A stretch of 64,000 bases of DNA from Ramazzottius varieornatus (lineage: Eukaryota; Animalia; Tardigrada), in assembly GCA_001949185.1 (NCBI GenBank), contig BDGG01000008.1, positions 1,612,001-1,676,000 of the forward strand. Direction: 5' to 3'. The notes under the pieces were generated by a model, which saw only the letters and a program-made list of their open reading frames with translations, was not told where the DNA came from and made no database searches. Position 1 is the stretch's first letter; every line of letters begins with the position of its first letter. Below, piece after piece: positions 12,916 through 25,652 of the stretch. Made by a program: the position numbers and the translations under genes.

Positions 12916-13614
12916 TTATTTGAGTAGTTGAGGTGGTTGAAGGAAACCGCAGCATACCATATTAACACCGCACGTACTAGTCTTGCTCATGATCATACCA
13001 TCGCACTGCTCTTGAATTTTGACTACGTCAACGCAGCTTCCCGGTCGGCTTTTTCCTCGTTTGACAATGTTACACGTCTGCGACAACCCCGCTTTCGAAG
13101 GAAGCTCGGACGATGGAGTGGATGCGGGAACCGCCTCTTGCAGAGCAGCTAGTAGGTCTCCATCAAAGTCTCTTTTCGGTTTATCACAGCAAAAGAATTG
13201 TGGCTTCAGCAAGGGTGTAGACTGCGGCGCTGTTGGAGGAGGCAGAGCTTGCGTTGGTGCAGGTGCCGTCGTAGCTGACGGTGGAGGCGGAGGCGCTGCC
13301 GCGGTAGCCGTTATAGGCGCAGGTGTACGTGCCGTGGTGGGCGGCGCTGCTGGAGCGATGGTAGCATACGCTAGAGCTGCCGGAGCGTTTGTTGTGCCGC
13401 TGTTGTCGACTTCTGTTGCAGAAGCTTCTGTGCTGTTCGTTGCTGTCTCAGCATCGGCTTCATCTTCTGTTTCATTAGTGCCGGCAGTCGTGGTTGCTTC
13501 TACGGTGGGTGTCGTGATGGGAACTCTTACACGAGGAGGTTTCGTAATGTGCGGTATAACAGAGTCTGGAAAGGAAGCATACCCGGCAGTGCTGATCAAC
13601 TCCGCAATGGCCGC
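12916..13614 (-). CDS. Thr/Ala/Pro-rich mucin-like protein with C-terminal Cys-rich module (last exon; upstream exons at about 13680-13900 unresolved)
   Basis: Long low-complexity TTT/APP region, then CNIV...GSCVDV...QC...TCGVNMVCC; acceptor gtgcag|GCG. Confidence 0.6.
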   Translation of the reverse strand, partial: AAIAELISTAGYASFPDSVIPHITKPPRVRVPITTPTVEATTTAGTNETEDEADAETATNSTEASATEVDNSGTTNAPAALAYATIAPAAPPTTARTPAPITATAAAPPPPPSATTAPAPTQALPPPTAPQSTPLLKPQFFCCDKPKRDFDGDLLAALQEAVPASTPSSELPSKAGLSQTCNIVKRGKSRPGSCVDVVKIQEQCDGMIMSKTSTCGVNMVCCGFLQPPQLLK

Positions 13615-14204
13615 CTGCACACCAGAAAAACATCAATAGAGCTGAGTCGAAAAGAAGTGAATATGAGGACTGAAACGACCTGCTGGTACAGGTGAGAAAA
13701 AAGTAGGAGGTTGGCTCCTCCAGGCTGGTATCCGTATCCACGCCGAGGACCATAGGGCGGAACTTCGGCAACTGTAATAAGAATATTCTTTGAATTCGAG
13801 AAAACAGGGGATCGAAAAGCTCATACCGTACAGTAAGGCACAAAAGTTGGAACACGAGATGGAACCGGAAGCAAGTAGGGTATGCCATTGTAGACGGCAT
13901 CCAGTCCATCGTGATCGGAAGATACGAAGTAGCGACCCCACCCAAGAAACTCGAAGACGAGGAGCACGTTAAACAAACCAAGAAGCTTTTTTACTGATAT
14001 CTCCTCGAAGACCGCGCAGAACGAGGATGGTTTCATATCAAAACGGCGGAGGAACGCAGCACAAACAATTACTAGACAATTTGTAGAGAAATTCGTGTTC
14101 CAACGAAGAAGCACTCGGTGTATTTAGTGCAATAATGTCGACATGAACTTGATTAGTTTTCGCACGTTGGCCCACTTCCGCATCATCTTTCATCATCGCG
14201 CGAT

Positions 14205-15676
14205 TCATTTCTTCTTCGATTTTGATTTTCGGCCTTTCTGTTTCTTCTTCTCGTACTTGTCCCTCGTCCACTTGATCCATCTCCACCATCTTTGAATTCT
14301 GATTGCAGCATTCCACAGTCTAGTCAGCTGCTTCTGTTGGGCCTTCTCTTCGGCCACATGCACTTGCCACCTCGCCACTTCTTCCTGCATGACCACAGTC
14401 CGCATCCGGCTGTTACTCAATTCACTCTCCACCTTTGCCGCTTCTTCCTGTACCGCGTCCAACTGCGCCTATATATGCAGCTTACTCTTGTAGTCCTGCT
14501 CTCTCAACTACCTCTCCCATCTGTCCAGATCATCCAATAGTTTCTCGTACATTGCCGTGGCGGACTCAGTCGCATTCGGTATAGCGAGCAGAAAAGCCTT
14601 CTGATACGCTTCTTCCTTTTCCGCTTCGTTTTCTTTCAATTCCATATTCCAGTACTCATACGCGTTGGTCAGTTCCGTGCAGTCTTTAATGTACTCTTTC
14701 TCGACGAGAACACGTGCGGTGATTTCACTGCCTTCGCCCTCGGCCACCTTCATCTGATGGCGCATGTCTTCCATCAGTGCTTCGGCCTTCTTCCGTTCTG
14801 CGTTCATCCACTCTGTCAGCTCTTGATAGTTCTGTGCACCGTCGCTCTTCTTCGTCTTGTATGGATCTTCGCTTTGCGTTCGATAGATTCCTTGTCTTGC
14901 CATTCGCGAAGAGCTCCTTCGAGACATTCGACGCTGCGCTCGTGGGCGTAGGGAAGGTATCTTAAAGTCTCTTCGAAGAGCTTCAGAGTGCTCATGCTGA
15001 TGAAACAAAAAATCATCTAAAAAATCATCAAAAATCATCAAGTTTTGCTTCTGGGACGAGGGCGAATGATTCGAACCACATCGTTTTCCCAAGCGGCGCA
15101 CAGATCCAGTCAACAAAGCTGAAACGACCATCTAGTTCGACTCATTTGCCCGCGACTATCAAGTACAATGGTGTTTACTGTGAACGAACCCAATAGCTGC
15201 GGTTTCTTCATCCTGCTCCCACGCGGACGTTTCGGCGATCAGTTTCTCCAGTGCTTTATGTACAATCGTGTCCTGCTCAGCCGTCGCTTTGGTAGCGGTC
15301 TTCTGCTCCTGTTGGCGGAAGTCTTGAAGAAGGACGTCTCGAAGTATGCTGGAGTCGATACCATCTTGGCTAATTTGAGTTCTCTACAAAATAAACCATA
15401 TTTGAAGAATAACGTTACTTGAGATCGGGAAGGAATTTGATACTCTCATACTTCGCGTTGCCGTTCGAGAATTTTCCCAACTATTTCAGGGGGTAGAAAG
15501 TACCGAAGCTTTGTTGTGACGTTGGCCAGGATATGCTCGGCTATGCAGAGTTCGGCTAAAGGCAGCGCAGCTTTCCAGTCCGCCTTTGGCTCGGCGACCC
15601 CATGGGGAGGCAGCTGGTCGGTGTGTACTAAGCTCGAGCCAGAGGAGGAGTCGCACTCCGAATCGACGCTGGACAT
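14205..15676 (-). CDS. Coiled-coil IQ-motif protein, dynein regulatory complex DRC9/IQCG- or DRC10/IQCD-like
   Basis: Glu/Lys-rich coiled-coil exons; C-terminal IQ motif AAIRIQRWWR followed by a Lys-rich tail. Confidence 0.6.
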
Positions 15677-16269
15677 TTATAAGAGAGATTTGCCCTGCAC
15701 TTCGACAATCAGTCAGACGGAAGTACGATGAACTTTTCTCGCTTACTATAGTTTCGACTACGTGGAACTTTGCGTCGTAGTGGAGCTTTTCAAGTGCCTA
15801 AAAAGTCGCTGCTTGAAAATTTATTTAGAATGACAGAAGGTCAGAGCAAGTTTGTCCTGTGCAGGATCGCCATGGATTTACACGTAACCTGCGTCTGTAT
15901 CGGTCGGACTGAACAGATCTGAAATATCGATAAGCGAACGGAATACCCGTTGGCCAGTGGTCAATCCAAGCATGTTATTTTCGATGGTATATCATGTTGT
16001 AGCACTAAAGATAGCACGCAAATCTCTATAAACTGGCATCAGTTCGATGGAGTCGCGCCTGAAAAGAGCTTTGTGACGGCATCCCGTTATTGGGTTACAT
16101 CCGTGTTCCTTCTGTCAGAGCGCTCTGCTTCTAGCCTTTTTGTGATGACCACGGTCCAGCTAAATTCTATTTTCGCCGCATACCACATGTAAATTCAAGC
16201 TTCGTGCGAAAATTATTTCCTCGGCCATTGCTCTATCACCGAAAAGCCTTCCGACTAACAAAACTGAAA

Positions 16270-16779
16270 ATGTTTGCAGGTAGATTGGGTCATTTGGGTG
16301 CCACCTCGATACTCACGGCATGTGGAATCCTCCTAGTTTGCTATCCTGCCTTTGCTCACTGGCGGACTTCAGCTGGAGACCGAAATGGAGACGGAATAAG
16401 ATATCACGGGCACGACAGGCGAGGTAACTCTGGCTGGGGAACAGGAAACAGTGGCGGCGAAAGCAGAGGCTACTCCCGATGGGGACCTTCTCCTGATCAC
16501 GGGTCTCGGAGGGATAACAATAGGCGCTTTGGGCCCGACCGTATGCGCCATGGCGGAAGGCATGGACACAATCAGGATTCCACGGTCGACCGTCGTCGTC
16601 CTGTCAACGTCGTTGCGGAGCCGGAAGAGTCACAGCCCACGGTCGACGAAATTCCTGCTGTTCTCTCTAACAGCCCGGTTATCAGCACGATCCCCATCGC
16701 GTCTTCTGGAAATCCCGGAAGCACCAACCTGATTGTGGTCAATGTGAATTCTTCTCCACAGCAGACGCCAGCTGGATAG
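16270..16779 (+). CDS. Orphan secreted Gly/Arg/His-rich disordered protein (169 aa)
   Basis: Signal-like ILTACGILLVCYPAFA, then a G/R/H/D-rich region and an S/P/T-rich tail in a single ORF. Confidence 0.6.
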   Translation: MFAGRLGHLGATSILTACGILLVCYPAFAHWRTSAGDRNGDGIRYHGHDRRGNSGWGTGNSGGESRGYSRWGPSPDHGSRRDNNRRFGPDRMRHGGRHGHNQDSTVDRRRPVNVVAEPEESQPTVDEIPAVLSNSPVISTIPIASSGNPGSTNLIVVNVNSSPQQTPAG

Positions 16780-17202
16780 TGGCGCCGATCATATGTTGAT
16801 AGTACTTGTGATACTATGAACTTTACCAGTTCTCCACTTGCGTCCTTGCCTGTGTTAAACGCTTGATTTGCGGAATTAATATTGACAGCATATCCGATAT
16901 TGTTCTGATGCTACAGACCACCTCGGTGTCCGACGTGTGTTTCATTGTCGTAGTACCGTTGCTTTTGCAATTCTACGTTTTTGAAATTCATCAGAAAAAA
17001 ATTCTCCGCGGTACTATCATACAAATTTTAGCTTCGCAGAAATCGTGAAGACAAAAAACTTCCACATGGGGACAAGAAACATAAAACATTGAAACTGAAA
17101 AAAAGCCTGCTAGGAACACAGCGTATAAAAAGTGGAAATACTCTTTGGAAGAAAGGAAAAAGTATCATCTCACAAACGTAAAAAAGTGACTTGCCAGCGA
17201 AT

Positions 17203-20200
17203 TTAATTGAATACCGGGATGTGGCTGTCTGACGACGTGTAGTTCAGCACCGGCTGAAGAATGTAGCAGTTCCATGAGCGGGGTATGATGACGTCAAGAG
17301 CCATGTTGTCGGTGGTCGGTGGACAGTTGAACCTGGCGTAGTACTCTGAACTATATAGGCACAGGAAGATTCCCTGTCCTAGGAACAGACCGAACCACAT
17401 GAAGACGTTCCAAGGTCTCGACGACTTCCTTTGCGTGAAGAACATCATCCACACTAGAAAAAGAAAATGGTTAATTTTCAAACACAACTCGGCCATCAAG
17501 TTCGCTCTGATGGTTTTTCCAAGTGGCGCACGCTCTGTGTCAGTAACAATAAAACCGTGCGCCACGAACCATAACAATGGAAGTGGCGCATAACAATTAC
17601 AATGACAGTTCGTTCTAATAGACTGAGAGCATGCGTCATTCGGGAAGGCGATGAGGGTGGATCTATTTGCCGACGTCCCAAAAGAATTCGAATCCCCAGA
17701 ACTCACCTCCGATACCGCCAAACAAGACGAACATAACAGGATAGAATATTCGAAGAAGGCAGCAAATGATATACTCGTGTACAAGAGCTGAAAGCATGAA
17801 CGTGACCAAAAGCGCGACGTTGCGACCTCTTTGCCCCAAAAGCTGCAAAAAGAAGCACCGTGATTTTGATTCAAGAGGACAAATTCGATTGGCTGAATGG
17901 CAAAGAAAGCTTTCTGAAGTAGTCGTACTCTGTACAAGTCGGAGTAGACGTAAGTGTAAAGCCAGTCGTGGACGACTCCATTCCATGTTCGGTAGTAGTT
18001 ACTGAAAGTGGTGCTATTCCACCAGTCCCGATAGAACAGTCGATCCTGAAACACGAGGGAAACACACGATGAAGACTAGGAAAGACAAATTTATTTGAAA
18101 GTCTTGTAAGTACAGCGAAGCGGGTCATCTCGGCAAAGGCATTCATCCAGGCGTGGAGGAAGGAGTAAAAGACCACGAGGAGGTTGAGAGATCCCGGTAG
18201 CACGCAATCGAAGATTGACTTGACGAAAGTTTTCAGGTTAACGTGCTCCTGTAAAAAAATACTCTAGCAAAAAGATCAAAAAAGAAGATTTCACCTAGCA
18301 TACAGGGTAAGCTGACGCACACATTTATGGAGAAAAAAATTGTTACCCTGTTGAAGTTTCGGAAGACCGGCATGCAAAACCGCACGAAAATGTAGTATGT
18401 GTAAGCAAGAGCCCCCGCGACCAGCCCGAAATTTTTCAGCACAAAGTTCCATCGGATGACTTTATTCCGCGGATAGCTATCTCGATATACCAGCGTCGGC
18501 ACGAACTGGAAGTAGACGTAATTCTTGAACAGGAAGAGATGCTGAACTGATGCTCCAGATGGAGCCGTCAGCACTTCCCCGACTTTCTCCCGAACGAAAG
18601 CATGCGACTTCATCATGAAACGGATCTAAACAACACCCAGGTGTGAGTTTGGCGTAGGCAAATAAACTCGACAAAATCGTTTTACAAAGTGGCGCAGCCT
18701 TTCAGCCACTGAAAAGGTGCGCCACTTGGGAACTCAGCCAGACTGATTTCCCAATTGGCGCACTCACAGCCAACTTCGCTGAAAAACATGCGCCACTTGA
18801 GGCAACTGTTTTGTCGAGTTTGTCCGTTGAGCTCTCAAACTTTGAATCTCAGTCCCTAAATTAGGCAATCGAACGGTGAAGCGCTTACTTGTTCAGCGAC
18901 GACTATGCTGGTGGAAGCAGGCGGAAGCTGCGTGTACAGTACGAAGCTGAGGGGAATGGCGGCGAAGGAGAGCTGATACGCGATGTAAAGACCCAGCCAC
19001 ACGTAGTCGTACAAATCTAAAATCGATAAACGGTTACTGAAGGCTAATTTTATTTGGAATGATACTGCGGGAAAATTCCGTCGGCTTCAGGCAAGGATTA
19101 ACACAATATACGAACTTTGGGATTTTGACGTCAATCGGCTGGTAGCCCAATACTGCAAGGAGGCATAAACGCCCAACAGGGCTGTCAGCTGCATGCCCAT
19201 CCAGAACGTGAGCACGTAAGTAAATTTTCCGAAAGCCCAAGTCCAGATGTGAAAGTCAACGCCAATCCTGCAAAACAAATTTAATTTGGATTTATTAGAC
19301 AAAATGGACGATCGAGAAAGAAACTCGGGAAGATCATTTCCGCAAGTGGCGTACACTTCCGGTGTTATCGAGTGCAAGCGTGCGCCACTTGGAAGAGTCG
19401 ACGCGATTCTTCTGTCAAGTGGCGCACGTTTTCAGTGTTATCGGCTGAGAGTGTGCACCGATTGAAAAAAGCGATCTTGTCGAGTTTGTTTGCCCAGGTC
19501 CCGAATATTACTGAAGGTCAGCGAGTCGACTTACGTTCCGTAGCTTAGTAGATCCTGAAGGACAGAGTTGACAGCGAAGAGAATGAGGATGGCTATGAAG
19601 ACATACTGAATGGTCTGTATGTGCGGAATTTCGAAGAGCTCCCTGATTAACAGAAGAAACATGATAAAATATAACATTTCAGGCAAGTTTGTGACGATAC
19701 TGGAACAGCTCTTACGTTAAGACGGAAGGTCGAGCTTTAAATTCTTTGCGGATTATTTCTCCTCGTTTTGTAGAGGGTGGAGGGGAAGAGAAGGAAGGAA
19801 CGCCAGACATGCCTTCGGTGACGTTGATACCGTTGACATCGACTGCCGCGAAGACTTCGTCCAGGAGATCGGTCAGGTCCTGATCGAACTTCTGGACATA
19901 CTTTTTTTTGATGTTCTACAGAAGTAACCGCGGGCACAAAAGCTCAGTCCGCACGCTACGAGCGATGAAGTATAAAGTTCGTTCGGTGCACGATACCTCA
20001 GCCTTTTTCCGAACGGTCGATTTGATCATCGCACTGATCGCACTGTTGCGGTGTTCCCCATGATGGCTATCGTTCCCTGTGACACAGAAATTTCATGCAA
20101 GAAAACGTGCTTTCCGACCACAAACTACTTTGTTGATTGTTTACGATTCACCGGAGCTTGGAAAACAAACGGACTGCAAGTTATTGTCGTTTTGGAGCGT

Positions 20201-20454
20201 GATCGGCAAGAGCAGTCTCACTTCAAGCAGCCGTAGAAGCACAACAGCGAAACAGTTCAGCATAAAGAAGAAAAGCGTGCATGCTTACATGGTTTGCTCG
20301 TCGTCCCTGAGAGGCGAGTTAATCTTTCCTCCATCGATTCGGCGCTGTTGGAAGAATAGCATTTTGGTTCGTCCTTTGTTAAATTCGTCATCTCATCGTC
20401 CGACGATTCTTTCTTGTCCTCTCGATCGTCTGTACGTCTTCGCAGATTCGCCAT
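17203..20454 (-). CDS. SOAT1: Sterol O-acyltransferase (ACAT, MBOAT family), multi-exon
   Basis: MMKSHAFVRE, PTLVYRDSYPR, FLHAWMNAFAEMTRF, DRLFYRDWWNSTTFSNYYRTWNGVVHDWLYTYVY, LSALVHEY (catalytic His), CLYSSEYYARFNCP. Confidence 0.95.
17520..17591. repeat. 49-bp palindromic element, 1 unit plus a half-site, SOAT intron
   Basis: caagtggcgcac-N25-gtgcgccacgaa, then gaagtggcgcat. Confidence 0.85.
18664..18822. repeat. Palindromic element, 2 tandem units with outer inverted repeats, SOAT intron
   Basis: Units 18686-18728 (19-nt spacer) and 18752-18799 (24-nt spacer), bracketed by aaactcgacaaaa ... ttttgtcgagttt. Confidence 0.9.
19321..19502. repeat. Palindromic element, 2 tandem units (73-bp period), SOAT intron
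   Basis: Units 19343-19391 and 19416-19464, both N25; outer arms aaactcgggaagatc ... gatcttgtcgagttt, ending tttgcccaggtccc. Confidence 0.9.
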
Positions 20455-21511
20455 AGATCACGGTATGTATCACAACAGTCTCAGGGTGATCTATCCAAAA
20501 GAAAGCTCTACAAACAAATGTGGTGCAATCTTGTAATAAGGTCGAGCAACCGGAAACGGAAGTGGATATATATCGACTTACCCGTCTTTACCTCTAAAAC
20601 GCTTTAGAATTTCGCCTTCCACGCTTAGGTCTGTGCTCAGTAAAGAGTAAAGATGAACAGCATATCAACCTGCAAAATACACAACATCGGATAAGTTAGG
20701 ACTTGGGAGACAGTGCAGGCAACGAAGTGTCAATACCATCCTCGACACGTACAGCAGTTCAGTGCAGTTCTACACTCAACAGTATGCAGATTAACTTTAC
20801 ACATACGCGACAGCCGGAAGGCACTGTCGAACCATCATGGTAAGTTGTACACAACAGTTCTGCATGTAGGAAATCATTGCGGGTATTGAACAGGAACGTC
20901 CATAGCCATCATACGCACTTGAAACTTGAAAGTCAATGGCAAAGCTGAAGGCAAGCTTGCTCGCTCCAGTCTAACCGTCTAAGATAGACTCAAGTGCTTC
21001 GCGGCGGTCTGCCAAAGCCAGAAGGGTCTCGTCTCATCTTTCTGCCGCCTCTGAAGGATCCGTAGATCACATCGACACAGGAGCTAATAGGAGAGCCCAA
21101 GAAGAAGCGATCGATCTGTGTAGCAGACTGGGTAGTAATGTGGTCGAGAAAAGACTCAAAAGAATAGTACGACCGGAAGAGTGAAAACTGAAGTTGCAGC
21201 GGCTGAGGTATGAAGATCAATCAAATAAAATGGCATGACATGACATGACATGGAATAGCCGTTATTTCATGTCATGACATTTTGTTAGTTATGAGTCATC
21301 CAACTTGATCCATGACTCCAGGTGTCCGGATCCGCACCTTTGTTTCTGTACCATTTGCTGGTTCATTATTTTGACCGTCGAATTAAAGTCCCACGGTTCC
21401 GGTTCAAGGCCAGGATACGGTACGAATGAACTGAATGTGGTTTCTGCGCAGATTTTGCAAGTAATTTTGACGGCCGACGAAATAAAGTGGAAGAGCGCGC
21501 AAACGACACGA

Positions 21512-22833
21512 TCACGAAACACTTTCATTTTCAACAGAAAAACTTCCTTGTGGAGTTGCAAAAACCGATGTCGAAGACCCAGACGCTACTACATGAGGCA
21601 CTGACGCGGAATGGCCTAACCGCTGCCGGAGTACTTCTCTTTCCACCAGGTATGGCAGGTCACTCGTCGAGGCCGTCGCGAGTTCCTTACTGCGAGAAAA
21701 GGAATCCTCCACAGGTACCACGTTCCCTAATCCGCTTGACCCGACTTGATGGACATCTTGTTCCTCGACGATACTAGACATGCCTCGAAGTCCCCTCGAG
21801 GAGCTTCCTGAAGTTGATGCTGTGTTCGGTGAATGGATATGGACAGCCGCAGGTGGCTCTCTAAAGGCTTCGTAATTCTGGTTCTCAAAGGCGCCGATTG
21901 CTAAGAGCTTGTCTTTCATCGTCCGCACAGTGTTGGTACAGATGAGAACAATGTAGAGGTGTAGAAGAAAAAGCAGGATGGAGGTTGGAATGAGTATGAT
22001 GGAGGCAATACTGGCATAGCAGAAGAGCTTGAAGTTGTGCCATAGCTGGTACACATCCTGAAGTTGGCAGGTGTCGGTGGTGGCTACCGTGAGGGCGGTT
22101 TTTGCGCCCAGAGTGACTAGCGTACATAGAACTCCGACACAAGAGAGACCGAAGAGCCAATTGAAGAATGTTTGGTAACCGGGTGCGACTTGGAACGTGG
22201 ATCTGAAGGAGAGCTTCCGGCGCTTGCAACCGAAGGGCAGATGGAGTCTTTCGTCGGCCATCGCAGTCATGATACCACCGACCCTACGAAAATACGTCTG
22301 AAAATTTTCGATTCCCACAAGAGATATATATATATATATATATCTCTCTTGTGTCGGAGTTCTATATATATATATAATATATATAATATATAATATATAT
22401 ATATATATATATATAGAGTTCGGTGAACAAGAGAGATATATATATATATATATATATATAGTGGGAGTTGTGCTGTACTATATATATTACAGTATATATA
22501 GTACAGTTGTGCTGCATCATCTTCAATGGTTCACCGAACTCTATTGGGTGAAAAGTTCCAGTATATAAAGAAAAATCGAACCTTTCAACTCACATGGAGA
22601 TGGTTCCTCCCCATATTCCGGATCCGATTTTGTGGTAGACGGTTTCTCGGGCATCCGCTCTGCCGGCCATTGCAACTGCGTTAAACAAGTGAAGCATACG
22701 TGCACAAATTTGAAGAGGCGCTATCCGTAATGGAAAGTCAGAGAAACATACCTCCCGCATCCAGACCGAACGAGAACGCTCCAAGAGACAGAATAATAAC
22801 TCCGACCGCGTAAAGATTCAGGAAGTACGTCAT
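21512..22833 (-). CDS. MS4A/CD20-like four-transmembrane protein, 3 exons
   Basis: In-phase splicing gives MTYFLNLYAVGVIILSLGAFSFGLDAG|VAMAG...IGSGIWGGTISM|VGGIMTAMA, two more hydrophobic helices and a long cytosolic tail. GxGIWGG resembles the MS4A TM2 motif. Confidence 0.6.
22313..22544. repeat. (TA)n microsatellites embedded in nested inverted repeats (intronic)
   Basis: Several TA runs; 16-bp perfect IR atagagttcggtgaac (22413) / gttcaccgaactctat (22529); 14-bp IR at 22473-22506. Confidence 0.85.
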
Positions 22834-23385
22834 TCTTCACAGAAGAATGTTTGAGGAAGTCGAAGAATCCTGACTCACGCAGTTATGCTTCCTGGTGTTC
22901 GTCTGTCGGCGGTAGTTGTGAAGACGTGGTGCGAACGAGCATCAGCCCATCGATTATACAATGAAAAATTGTATGAAAATGAGGAATTTATAATTGTTTC
23001 GTCCAAATGCAGGCCCGAGTTTCGGCGTGTTGTTACGAACTGTCGAGGTATCGTGTTCGCAAGCCATCACCAAAATTAACTTGATCCTGTCACCGGAATT
23101 CCGATAGCGAGTCCGTTGGCTACAGGTCTCTCAAACAATACCGGACAATCGCTGCTGCGATTACGTACAGTGTTTACTACCAAATCCTTACAACGGACGG
23201 AAGCCTTGGATGGACTTCAAACTTGCAAACAGTACTATGCAACGGGTAAGATAACAGGTAAAAACGAAGTATGGTCGACCCAGAATGTTTTGGCGTAAAG
23301 GCAAAACTTTTTCATGTCAAGATTCTCTAGTAACATGTGGAAGTTTCTAGCAAATCGCACTTAAAAATAAGCACGTACTTTCAAC

Positions 23386-25652
23386 TCAATCTGTAACCTC
23401 ATCCAGACCGGCAAAAGGATTACTACTCACAGCAGCACGGCCGGCCTCCTCTTCTTCTTCTTCCTCCTCCTCTTCCGATCCTTCTTCACCAACCTCCTCT
23501 CGATCCGCGTCAACGTCCGATTCCTCATCTTCACTCTCCTCTTCCGTTTCCTCCTCCACTTGACCTTCCACCCGTGTCAACTGCGCCTCTAACCTCTGTA
23601 GCGTACTCTTCAGATCTTTCGTCTCCGGCAGCTTCTCATACCAGGTCCTCGCTTGAACATATGCCGGTGGATACATTCTGAAGATGATCTTTCCCTCTAG
23701 CGTCACCCTCAACAAATGGTTCGCCGCCCTGTACGTATCCGGTCTGGCAGCCTTCGCTGTCATGAAGCCTCTCTTAATCGCCCACGCCTCACAAATGTCC
23801 ATCGCAGAGAACTGGCCCTTGTTCCTCGAACCATCCGGATGTTTAATGTTCAACAGTTCGACTAGAGGCACTCTGGCTGCCAAGTAGCCTATGACGCTCA
23901 CTGGATCCTGTACTTGTGATATGGGGTAGATGCCACCTAGGATCTGAAGGACCTTCGGAGCAGTGGCGGGAAAAACTAGACCCGGACTGTCACAAAGCTT
24001 GACGTTACGAGCCAGGAAGATTGTCTGGAAATGTTTAGTGTGACCGGGGGTGCGGGAGACGGAAACGACTTTCTGACCCATCAGGGCGTTGATGACGGAA
24101 GACTTGCCTACGTTGGGCTCACCGATACAACCAATGGTCAGGACCCCGTCTTTAAACTGCTGGTAGTCGAGAGGATGAAGACGATCGACGGCTGACGAAG
24201 TCGCTGTCGGCACTGCCTTTGACCCGGCTTCTGGAAGCACAAGATAAAAATATTCATGAAAATTCGAGAAAGAATAACACCTCGAAACCAATACAACAAA
24301 AACGTTTCCCCAAGAGGCGCACGCTTTCAGTGTTATTGTTCCGAAACGCGCGCCACTTGGGAAAATGATCTTGCCGAGCTTCCCGGTGAGTATCTTTTTC
24401 CCGATTAGAAAGATTTCTACGTTTTGATTTCTAGGCTTTTCCAGCTTTGATGTAGAAGAGTATGTTGCAGTTTGATGGACAAACTGAAATTTATCAGTAG
24501 TTTTATACTTTGGGTTTGGGTGGGATTTTCTTGATGGAAAACTCTTTCCTTCCATTCGGACAGGTCCACTTTGCCGTCCGTCAGCTGTTCACAGATTCTG
24601 AAGATGTCTTTATCCCCAAAGCAGACTTGATTTTTTCGCTTGATTGGCTTCTTCTTTTTGAACGTTTCGCGAAAGTTGACGGCTGCTCGAGGTGACGAAC
24701 CGAACAGGACGACGTTGAGGTTGAGGTAGGTCTCTTCAAAGTACTTTTTCCAAGCCACGGCTAGCTCAGCTGGCACGAAGTCAATCTTGTTCAGGATCAG
24801 TATCATCGGTTTCTTGATCACCTGAGAAATGTACTGGTACAGTGTCGGTGGAAAGTGTAGAATCGGGAAACGGAGGTCGACGATGACGAACAGAACGTCA
24901 CTCATTTCGATTACTCGCCACAACTAAAAACCGAGGTCCAAAAATTATAGATTCCACAAGGAACGAAACTGCCTCAAGAGATCACCTGTCGCCATGTTTC
25001 CAGGTTGAGCTCAAAGTAGGACAAGTCGTCGGAGTTTTGATGTGCTTTGAAAATGTTTTCGACGTACTGATGGAAGAAGTTCTCTTCTCGCGCGTCCAGT
25101 TCGTTCTTTGTCATTGAATAGTTCCAGGAAGGTCGGATTGGCATATCCAAAACTGTACCTGGACGGTAAATCTTCTGTAAGTCCATCTCTAGATCGTCTT
25201 CGCCAACAGGCTGGATTGGTTCGAAGGAAGCTTGTTTCCTTTTCTGCAATTCTTCCTGAAGGCACACCGAAACAGTACTATGAAACTCTTACTCAAGTCG
25301 CCCATGACGTCAAGATATTACGTAAACTTGCACAGCGAACCGTGTTGTCGCTTTACAAACGGATGACGTCTAGAGTGTATTTCGGCGTGCCGCTTACCTT
25401 CGATTCGCGGTGGAAATGAAGACGGTATCGATTCGGATCATACTTGGTTCCTATCCCGGGACCCACTGGCTGCTGATTAACCTTCGCCAGACGAAGTGAA
25501 TTACCGGACGTCCCATCCCCGTCTTCTCTGGCGGAATGCTGGTCTCCCGAGTCGACATCGTCGGAATATATGGAAGAACCGTCGCGCTTCCGTTCTCGTT
25601 TCGAGGCCAACTGGAGCTTCTTCTGCTTCCCGCTGAATGGTTTCTTCGGCAT
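23386..25652 (-). CDS. GNL1: Guanine nucleotide-binding protein-like 1 (circularly permuted GTPase)
   Basis: MPKKPFSGKQKKLQL, LSYFELNLETWRQLWRVIEMSD, NKID, GEPNVGKSSVINAL, VSRTPGHTKHFQT, LCDSPGLVFP; acidic tail. Confidence 0.96.
24311..24359. repeat. 49-bp palindromic element, 1 unit, GNL1 intron
   Basis: caagaggcgcac-gctttcagtgttattgttccgaaac-gcgcgccacttg (N25). Confidence 0.88.

Noticed and set aside
13019-13639. 206-aa plus-strand ORF and other long antisense ORFs (e.g. 50065-50664)
   Set aside because: Shadow frames of real genes on the opposite strand.
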